Shown: in pieces, positions 54,244-64,000 of the stretch | Layout of the letters: each line of letters begins with the position of its first letter | How positions within the stretch are numbered: the stretch's first letter is position 1 | Assembly: GCA_965649765.1 (NCBI GenBank) | Contig: OZ287749.1 | Coordinates: forward strand, 64,294,001 to 64,358,000 | Source of the DNA: Bispira polyomma | Lineage: Eukaryota | Direction: 5' to 3' | Length of the DNA: 64,000 bases | The notes under the pieces: model-generated | What the model was told of the DNA's origin: nothing | The model's database searches: none | Seen by the model: the letters and a program-made list of their open reading frames with translations, nothing else | Program-made: the position numbers and the translations under genes

Positions 54244-54378
54244 NNNNNNNNNNNNNNNNNNNNNNNNNNNNNNNNNNNNNNNNNNNNNNNNNNNNNNNNN
54301 NNNNNNNNNNNNNNNNNNNNNNNNNNNNNNNNNNNNNNNNNNNNNNNNNNNNNNNNNNNNNNNNNNNNNNNNNNNNNN
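54244..54378. other. Assembly gap (135 N)
   Basis: Run of N. Confidence 1.
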
Positions 54379-55394
54379 AACACAGAAAGCGAAACCCTGA
54401 AACAAATGCAGTTGTAGAAACTAATGACTGTGGCAGTATCTACTCCCAGAGCTCACTTCCCCCCTGTTAAAGGTTAAATTGAAACAACTCCCTTATTCCC
54501 ACATGTTGCTAATTAAAACGAATGAGGTGTATGATTGTTAAAACAGCGAACAGTCAAATGCAATGGCATTTTGGAAAGTAAGTGGTACACTTAATAGGGG
54601 TCAAGTTTAAGGGTCATGAAATAGATCACAATTCACATATTGAACCATATAATAGTGTTTAATGGCAATGAGAACACAATGCCAACGATGCCAACAATTA
54701 TTAAATATTTTTGGCTTACTTATACAGGCCTTGGTTTCTTTTTTTGCACGAGAAAAAAAACACAAGGGAAACCTATTTGTACAATGCTAAACAATGTCGC
54801 TATCTATTGCCCTGCCTTACCCAAATTCAGCTTTATAGGTGTATTTTTAGACAAAAGACATTGGGTATATCATCTAATTTGCATACAATTACTTACACTA
54901 TTTGACGTTTACAGTTAGTCACCGTCTGCATCATGGTTGACGTAATCAATACTTATTTGATCCTCAAAAACTCTGTATTCATGGATGTACTAGATAAGAA
55001 GATGGGCATTAGCTTTTTTTCTCGATTTGTGAAACAGTTCTTGTCAATTTTTCAAACCACTTGTTCACAGATATTAGCTCTAATATGCTCTTTCTTATTC
55101 AACCCTAAGTTTTGGTATATGTATGAGGACATTATTGTTGTACCACGCATACATGTCTGTTTTGTATATACTTTTTTCATATTTCATGACATTATCAAAA
55201 CATTCAACTTTTTATTAATCACTATTACTGCTTGGTTCTATTGCTACTTTTAATAGTGTTTTTTTTTTTTAATTATGTTACAAATTTGCTATTTTATCCC
55301 GATGACACTATGTTCATTATTTTACAAAAAGCCAGACTTGCACCATTTTAGTGGTATTTAGCAATATTTAACAGTATTTAAAGTCCATTAAAAG

Positions 55395-55834
55395 TGATGG
55401 TTCAAGCTGTACTGTACTGGGACTGTTGTGTATTTGATGGCTCAAGCTGTACTGCACTGGGACTGTTGTGTATTTGATGGCTCAAGCTGTACTGTACTGG
55501 GACTGTTGTGTATTTGATGGCTCAAGCTGTACTGTACTGGGACTGTTGTGTATTTGATGACTCAAGCTGTACTGTACTGGGACTGTTGTGTATTTGATGG
55601 CTCAAGCTGTACTGTACTGGGACTGTTGTGTATTTGATGGCTCAAGCTGTACTGTACTGGGACTGTTGTGTATTTGATGGTTCAAGCTGTACTGTACTGG
55701 GACTGTTGTGTATTTGATGGTTCAAGCTGTACTGTACTGGGACTGTTGTGTATTTGATGGTTCAAGCTGTACTGTACTGGGACTGTTGTGTATTTGATGG
55801 CTCAAGCTGTACTGTACTGGGACTGTTGTGTATT
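55395..55834. repeat. 40-bp minisatellite x11 (TGATGGYTCAAGCTGTACTGTACTGGGACTGTTGTGTATT)
   Basis: 440 bp = 11 near-identical units, no spacers. Confidence 0.97.
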
Positions 55835-55934
55835 TAACAGTAGCTAATATAAAACCTCATGCCGATGTCAATCAAGGTGGTAATTAAATTTTGCTATCTC
55901 TTGACATTTTTTGTTTTGCACCAATTTGATTTTT

Positions 55935-56290
55935 TTATGTTTGTATATCACTTTTAATATCTTTGGTGATATTGGGACAGCCAGGTGTATTGGTTGAAGA
56001 AACCAGTTCTATTCGCCCCGGAAGCCAACTTCCTGGCAAACTTTCCCATGTGAAGAAAACAGGTATCTAATCACCTTGTCCTAATAATCCAATCTAACGT
56101 AATCAATTCTGTAATGGCGCTTAATCTCTGTACTAGCAATTTTTTTAATTCGCAACAACCAAAATCATTGTTCAGTAGTCATATTGTGGTGGACAGAAAA
56201 AACGGGTTGTTGCCAGAGAGGGAGTCGGTGATGGTAAGACTGTGTAGGTGAGAGTCTAATGATATAACTACTACACCAACACAGCCACAT
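55935..56290 (-). mobile_element. Degenerate SINE (type of 9105-9312) interrupted by another fragment
   Basis: Shares GCAAACTTTC.CA..TGAAGAAA and tail-like blocks with the 9.1-9.3 kb copy. Confidence 0.4.
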
Positions 56291-57079
56291 ATGTTATTTG
56301 GTGTACAAAGAGCCAAGGTATCCCTTCAGATCATTGACCTTGATGTCTACATTAGCATTAACTGTGAAGAAGTTGTATACAGCTTTCTTGTGGGCATGGC
56401 ACGTGGGTGTGGATGTACAAGCGTGGGACTGTTAAATAAGACCACAGAACAAAAGGAATTGAATTTTTAAAAAGAAGTCTCACTAGTTTCTTTTCTCTCA
56501 GATGTCATCAGTAACTACAGGAGAGTTAATGGTACATGGTGAGCAGGTGTTAATGTGCTGAGCGACAAGAAAAAAATGGTTTACTGAATTACACAGCTAA
56601 ATCTTGACATTTAATGCTTTACTCCTGAAGTTTATGATCACAATGAATTGTTGTTTTTTTCTGATTTGTTTGAAATGATGCTTGCTGCTAAGTCAAGATT
56701 CTCCAGAGAAACTACTCCTAAAGAAACACTAAAGATTTTTAGATACATTGTTAGATACAAAGCAGGTCTGGTATTGCAACAATCATGAATTTACTTGATT
56801 TAACAAAGAAAAAAGGATGGATAAAGGCATAGACAGTGTGCAGTTTTAGTTTTATGTGTGATTTTTGAGGGGCGGGGACAGTGACTAAAGGGAATGTGCA
56901 CAAATAGATTGTATATTTAAATACGATATTAGTATCAGAATTTTACTGTGCGTCAAAGGTTATCCTTCTTATATTTCTAAACTTTTGAAGTTTTCTCTTT
57001 AGCAAACTGAGTAGGGTTTTTTTTTTTTTGCATATGAAGCATTTTTAGTCAATTGTGCGAATTGTATTCAATGTAACCT

Positions 57080-57392
57080 TTACTTTGTAGTGGTTAGGGT
57101 GCTGGTTTGATGATCAGAAGGTCCCGGGTTCAATTCCCGATACCGACAACTTGTTTCATTTGGTGGGATAACATCCATGGGTATGATGTGTGAACACAAA
57201 TTTACCTAGTGGCTCGGATGACCACTTGAACTGGCAGTCCTCTGTCACTGGGTACTATATCCAGTGGCAGAATAAAGATCCTTAAAAGGATGTTGATAAA
57301 TGGTCATCCTCAATGCCCAAGAGAAAGTGCATTTAAAATGGCACTATGTCTTATGAGTGCGCTATAACAAATGTCATATTTTATTTTATTTC
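57080..57392 (+). mobile_element. Near full-length tRNA-derived SINE with LINE-like tail
   Basis: TAGTGGTTAG A box, GGTTCAATTCC B box, GGGATAACATCC body, GTGCGCTATAACAAATG + (TATTT)n tail. Confidence 0.8.
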
Positions 57393-58347
57393 ATAAGTGT
57401 GGGACAGTTTCAAATGTATTAATTGGAAGAAAATATATTAACTTATTCATACAGAGGAAAAAATGTTAATATTCGTAGAATACTATTTTGAGTTTCAGAA
57501 ATCCATGTGCCTCATACAATCACTTAAATTATTGAAACACTTTCATACTACATTAGCGTGTGTGAGTTGTGTGACAGCTAAAATGATTTACTAAAGAGTT
57601 TTAACTTAATCATCAAATGCCTGGTACATAGATTGTCCTCTTACCTACATATTCTTGATGTGGGGTAGATGTTAGTAAACTAGATGTTAATAGAGTAGAT
57701 GTTACTGTATAATTCGAATAAATAATCTATAACACCATGTCGTAAGTGTAAAAGAGAGGTAGTTTTTACTCAAATACAAATTCAATAATCTGAAATAGTT
57801 TTCAAATTAAAAGAAAAAAAAAATGAAAAAAAAGAACTGGAATATTCAGTCATACTTTTTAGATAGCTGCCTAGGATAATTAGGATTTCAGTATTGGGTT
57901 ATTTTAGTTTTTATGCAAGACCTTCCACCAATGCCCACTATCAGTCACCTTGGCGTTCAGGAAGCTCTAGAATGTCCCTGGACTGAGATGCAGGTGTTTC
58001 TTTTAGCCTTTGTCAAAGATTAAACCCAAGTTAATGAGGTTCGCCTCTTTTAACTTCCCCACACTACCCCACATACTTGAAAGAACAAGATGACCTAGTT
58101 TACCTCATTCTCATTAAACCACAATATATGTGCCATATCATGAAATCACCAGATTATGTTGAACAGTAAAGAGATTCTACCTGTGTATATCATAGAAAAT
58201 GTCTTTATTATTGGAAAGAACAAAATATCCATGTGTCTAGTTATAAGAAACCAGTTACAACGAAAACAAGATATACAACATGGAACATCCAGAATGGAAC
58301 AAATATAAAGCCTTAAAGCTTTGTTTGTACATTGGGTAACATTGCAG

Positions 58348-58457
58348 GGGCGATATTTACAAAAAGGGTCAAGCCAAGACTTTGTCTTACATGTAGTTAT
58401 ACTCTAATGCTAGATTTAGGACAGAGTCTAGACTAAGCGGATTTGTGAATACCACCC
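58348..58457. mobile_element. Short PIF/Harbinger-type MITE
   Basis: TIR GGGCGATATTTACAAA / TTTGTGAATACCACCC, with 3-bp CAG duplication at 58345-58347 and 58458-58460. Confidence 0.6.
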
Positions 58458-61074
58458 CAGAAATATAGTTATAGGACAGTGAAACGTGTATTAATTATTT
58501 ATCTATGCAGAAAAATATATATCAAAAGCCACACCAAAAACTAGAATAGTATTTTTAAAAGGTAGGTCGGAGAGAGGTGAAAACTGTTTGCTTAGCCATT
58601 TGACCTACTTTCTAATCAGGTCAGCTATGACGTGTTACCGGACACGAGAATCCTTGAAGTAAAAAAGCTGTGTTAGCTTTTTCAACAAAAAGCATTGCAT
58701 TTCCACATCCATGAATTCTGTTATCAGTCCACAAGAGACGTGTAATAACCATAAATATGAGACAAATATACTATTAACCACAAACATCCTACATTGTTTA
58801 TCTTAGACCCGTCATACAACATGGCTAATGATTCTGTGAGAAGGTCTCTGACCTAATAAATACAACTTTAGCAAAGGCTATTTAAACGGGGGTTTGTATA
58901 TAGAGAAGTAATAGTTTAATAGAAGAGTTCGCGGGTTTGACTTTGAGCAGAAAATATGATAATATTTACTAGAAATTTACTGATATGATTACTAGAAACA
59001 AAACTACAGACATGTATAATAATATTACAGAAGTTGTTTAAGCTTCACATCTTATCAGGAACATTTGTTTTTATTTATCAGTGTACAAAGTATACCAAAC
59101 AATATTAAAACACCAACTTCATGCAGCATTTAATATTGAGTAGCCATTTCCCTTCCAAATTGTTCCCTACAGCTTAAACTACTCTCTCTCTCTAACTAAA
59201 ATAGCTAAAAATGTCAGTTGCTGTAAAAGGCGGCAAGGCATATACATCTTTACACCAAAAAATGGCATATTAGGAGAGGGGGTCTTTAAGAATCAGGCCA
59301 TAACTTTGGCCAATAAATTCTTTGAAGGTTGCAATCATTTTCTTATTATTACAAATTGCTTATGAAAGGAAGCCTGCAACTCATAGCCGTATTAGATCAG
59401 GTAGATAAGTCCATACTTCCGACATAAAGAAAAGTACTTGAGTTGCTGAGTCCCATGGGACTAAGACGCAGTCTGCCAATATAATCAATATTTTATTTTA
59501 GAAAAAAATATGTTTTACAGAATGTTACATAGTTTGTACAAGTGACAGTTTGTTATTAAACTTGAATTCTAAGAGAAGGTTTAGGTTGTTATTTTTCCTT
59601 ACTACATTTCCTCTTCGGTGGCTCTGCTATACATAGCATTGATATTTCTGAAGCTTTTAGCAAGGGCTATTATATACAGTAAAGACGGAGATCGAATGGT
59701 AAATTACCAGGATAAATATTTAATGTTTGTAAGTAAGGGTTGTCACGTCAGCCAGATATAACTTGCATATATTAGAAATATATATGTTTAAAACTATTTG
59801 AATTGAGTGTGACTTTGCAATTCCACATCCATTTTGCTTTTAAGTATTTTTAAAAGTTGGTTATAGTTTTATATGAAAATCAAATGAGAACTTTTTTGAC
59901 ATTTGACATTTTGGCCAGGTTAATGCATTATGCCTAAATAACATAAACCTTCAGATAAAGTCTGACTGCAATATCTTGCTCACCTTTAGATCTGTCTTAA
60001 CTTAAGGCATTTTTACTAAAAGGGGAGGAGGGCACAGTTCCCTCCCCACCCCAAACCCCCACTAACTGACCAGTAAGCCAGCCATTTGTAAAACTGAGGC
60101 TTCACATGAATGTCAACGAGATGGCAGTTATGACGGCCAATGAATCTATCTTTCCCCCTCCTATCCCCCCCCTCCTACCCCCCCCCCTCCTCTCACCCAT
60201 CCCTTCTCAACCCCATTTTTTTCCATCCCACGCAATTTTGCCTCCGCATTTTGACTTTGAAGGGTAACCACATTTCCCTTTTATATCAAGTCACTTTCCA
60301 CAGTTTCTCAATGTATACTTGCCTAAAGTGTTTCAGTCAGCTGTAATCTGACTTATTATGTCTGACTTAGTTTTAGTAGTATAATATGGTAGTTATGGTA
60401 TACTTTTATTATCACACAATTCACTTACCATATTTGTTGTAAGACAGGTAATAGAGTTTTATGTTATGTTACTTCTGAAGCCTTTTTAATACATTTGCCA
60501 TATTTAGAGAACCTTTAACAGATTTTGGTCAAATGGCCAACAGCATAGAATGCTACTGTTAACATGTTGTTTATCAATATGCTACATCAATCACAATGTG
60601 AATAACATTTGACACAGTTGTCTTAGTGGTTAGAGATAAATTTCATATTTGACCTTGCTTTACACCTTTAGTTAATAGTGAATATTTGTATTTGGGTTTT
60701 TAATAATAATTTGGTGTCTAGGGAACCATGTGTGTGTGACACATTCTATTGAGCAATGGTCTTTATAAGGACTATATAAAGTGATTAAACAGCACCTTAT
60801 GATATCAATGTCTTAACAGGAAGACACAAATACTATTGCTATATGTGAGTGGACTGCACTATGGTAGAAACCTTTAGTAACGTCCCGGTATTAAACCCTT
60901 TGATAGCACTGTATCCAGGTATTATACAGTGGTGTCAATTAAGTTGCAATAGTTGCAATTAGGTTGCAATAGTTGGCAATACAAGATATATACTTTATTC
61001 CAGTATATATGTCAAATGCCCTTCTTAATAATGACAATGGACAATATTTTAAGCAGAACCATGTGAATTAGCTC

Positions 61075-61426
61075 TGTTGTCTCTGTGGTCTAGTGGTTAG
61101 AGCATCAGACTTTGGATCTGAAAGATCTGAGGGTCCTGCTTCGATCCTTGCTGCTTACCTGGTGATTGTACCTTTAGACAAGAATGTTTGACACAAAGTT
61201 GTCCCTCTCCACCAGTTCTATAAATGGGTACCTGACCGCTAATGTGTGCTAGTCTTTGTGCACTGTATGTGGTAGCACAGCTAGTATGCCTCCTGAGGGA
61301 GCTGAGATTGAACAATTGGTTGACAAGTGGAAAAACCCAGACTGGGGTAATAATTTTAAAAAGTGCATTAGATTACACTGATATTTATAACTGCGCTATT
61401 TTTAATGATAATTATTATTATTATTA
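61075..61426 (+). mobile_element. tRNA-derived CORE-like SINE
   Basis: TGGTCTAGTGGTTAGAGCA head, CTTCGATCC B-box-like, CCCTCTCCACCAG..TATAAATGGGTACC core, GCGCTAT + (ATT)n tail. Confidence 0.8.
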
Positions 61427-61429
61427 GCA

Positions 61430-61785
61430 GGAGGTACCTCAATAATTAAATATTGCTGCAAAGATACCTTGGATCCATTTTGATGCAGGAACATTTGATG
61501 CAGACTCCTTCTTCTTAATGTATGATAATTCATTTCCACAAAAAGCCCCCAGTGATTGCAGCTTATCTGGAGGGGGGCAAGTGAAGTTATGGATTAGCCA
61601 GTGACATTCCCTGACCTCAAACCTCTAGAACATTTATGGGGCTTGCTTGCTGGAAATATTTCCAGTCCACACCAATCGTTCATTTATAATGTGCAAGAAT
61701 CCATCGAAGCCTTAGAAGCAGTACTACGAGGCCATACCCAAAGATGAGATTCGGAAGCTCATTAGAGGAATTCGTGTTTTAATTT
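61430..61785 (+). mobile_element. Tc1-like DDE transposase fossil
   Basis: FFLMYDNSFPQKA (cf. FxQDNAxxH) and VMD*PVTFPDLKPLEHLWGLL (cf. WPxxSPDLNPIExLW), with stops and frameshifts. Confidence 0.75.
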
Positions 61786-61944
61786 ATACTGAGCATATTT
61801 CTATGTCTTTGTCCTTTATCCATAGTGCTAATTAGCCTTTTTTCTGATTGTCCAAGTACATCGATTCCCCTAACTAAAGAAAGAGAGGCTTAGGTAATAA
61901 ATGTTTTTATCAATCTCCACAAGGTTCTCTAGCTTGCCACTGGA

Positions 61945-62092
61945 AATAGGATCCAATGACTGAGGCATACCATTTTAAGTGACCTATTGAGACACTATGT
62001 ATGTGGCTAAACACCACGGCACCCCTTCAGAGATCGAACCAAGATCTTTGGCGCTCCTAAGTAAGTGTATTACCGATTGGCCTCTGTAGCAA
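61945..62092 (-). mobile_element. Degenerate tRNA-derived SINE (type of 7905-8082)
   Basis: Reverse strand B box GGTTCGATCTC, head GCTACAGAGGCCAATCGGTAA. Confidence 0.5.
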
Positions 62093-64000
62093 GGGTAATG
62101 CCTAGAAATTATCAAGAGTACAATAAAGCTAAAACTATAGACATGTTAATCTTCCAAAATAAGCCGCTATCAAAGATACATACATGTAGCTGCTATTAAG
62201 CATTAAACATTTAATTGAAAAAAATAAAAGTACTAAAATTACACATCGACTATATTATTCGGTTTATATGATATCAAATTATGACAATGCGCTACACCAG
62301 TGCAAGAACAGAGAACTTAATATTCTCTCCAGAACACATTGCCTGATAGCACACACAAATCCTTGTTATAGTATTAAAACCCCAAGCCAAATATTGTACT
62401 CACCCCCTAACCAAAAAAAAAGATAGAGGGTAGCTAAAGCTGAGGACAAAAAGGGTCCCCACCAGCTATTACATCTATAGCTCCCCAGGCGTGAATTTAT
62501 CCTCATTTCAGTGTTCTGTGGTAAAACCACAACCAGTATGTGTGTCTGTGAAAAATGGTGTTATATGTATAGGTTAATGTCCAACTCGAGGTTGAATGGA
62601 AGGGGAGAGGTGTGATGAATAGTGTTACAACTTTATTTTTTACGTGTTTACAGTAACATCTTGCAATGTTTACGTACACACATAGTTTGAGGAAAAAAAA
62701 ATAAGTTTTAAAAATAAGGTCTATGCATTTTTAGTAATAATGGTTATTTTAAGACAACAATTACAATGTATATACATATTTTTGTATATATTATTTGTGA
62801 TTAGGTATTTTGTGACCTGAGTATCTGAAATAGGTTGTGTGTATTCCACATTAATCAATAAGAAGTACAAATATTGCACAAAACACATATAACAAAAATA
62901 ATCAAAAATCTTTGAAAAATAGTACAAATATATTTACAATAACATTTAAGATGGAGATTAGTGTATATTTCTGCTGGAGTTAAAAACTCAAAAGCTGTAA
63001 TAATTACAAGTAAATAAATATCCTTTGACTTAACACGGTATACCCACGTTAATCAAAGGCATGATTTAGTAGTCCGATACCACTTAGTTGGCTATTTTAA
63101 TTCATGTTTATTTTCAGCAGAACATTACTGTACAGAATGCATTAAAATAAATGTAATTCTACCCTGAGTTTATATATCAGATTGTGCTTGAATAGAATGA
63201 AGTAAGTATGCTAGTAATTCCATATTTAAGTAACTGCTGTTGACATTTATTTTGAGGTTTTAATTACTGATGCAACTTAAACCTCGAGAGAGGGACAGAG
63301 AAAGTTCATTCCTACACTGTTTGATGTAATCTAACTTCTGTCGTATTGAAAAGAAAGATATCGATTTAATTTGAAAGCTCTTGAAAGCAATTTTTATATG
63401 CTATATATTTGCGATGTAATCTAGAATGTACCCATGACATGTATATATATGTCGTCAATCTTCGTGACACATGTGGAGATAATACGGTGAATATAAATAA
63501 ATAGCCACAGGATGCAAAAAATGTGGAAATCTATACCAGAAGGTATTTTCCCATAGATCCTGATATTACATACCACATATAAAACCACTTTCAACCGACA
63601 AACAAGAAACATATCCCATGGATTTAAAACCAATTTTTCTGAATTTCAAAGAAAGTGTTCCATTGCAAGATTCCTTTCTTGGATTAGGTTTGCTGTCTGT
63701 TTTATTTACTTTTCTCAGAGACTTCTTAATAAAGTGGGTAGCTGAAAGGGGGGTGTTGTGAGGAGGGGAAGTTGGTGTCACACGTGACATGAACATCTGC
63801 ACATTGTAATTAAGTGAAGGAGTCCTTTTTGTCAAGTCAGAGGCAAATATATTGTTAGAGATTGGAAAGTAGCTCCTTTAAGCTACATTTAACCCCAGAC
63901 CTACTAGAATTTTTTTTAATTTAAAATCAGTAATGCAAGAATTGTTTATGTGTTAGTAAGGGAAATCTTTAGTGGCATCAGTATTAATGGCATAGACTAT

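Noticed and set aside
54114-54470. ORFs spanning the N run
   Set aside because: Artefacts of the assembly gap
55395-55834. Regular repeat array resembling CRISPR
   Set aside because: Units are contiguous with no unique spacers, there are no cas genes and the context is eukaryotic; it is a minisatellite

Overview
AT-rich, intron/intergenic-type eukaryotic DNA. It is most likely from an invertebrate animal; the SINE, L2 and HINE repertoire suggests a lophotrochozoan such as a mollusc, but that is inference. Most ORFs in the supplied track are spurious. The dominant feature is a ~6.8 kb full-length tyrosine-recombinase retrotransposon of the Ngaro type (27946-34782). It has split direct repeats A1-[gag, RT/RNaseH, YR]-B1-A2-spacer-B2, no methyltransferase domain and no target-site duplication. 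The RT/RNaseH ORF is intact, while gag and YR carry a few lesions. The element shows three unusual signals: (i) a ~650-nt non-coding spacer between A2 and B2 packed with nested stems, triloop hairpins and a GNRA tetraloop, bracketed by promoter-like A2 and poly(A)-signal-bearing B2, making it a candidate element-encoded structured RNA; (ii) a phase-matched splice donor/acceptor pair that would fuse the Gag N-half to the recombinase; (iii) gag and the pol N-terminal extension in one frame separated by a single TAG. The only convincing host coding sequence is a minus-strand 107-nt exon (1392-1498) encoding the start of an Ig domain of a lachesin/DIP/IgLON-like adhesion protein. The rest is SINEs, MITEs, L2 and Tc1 fossils, minisatellites, an old ~4 kb tandem duplication (41.5-49.6 kb) and one assembly gap.
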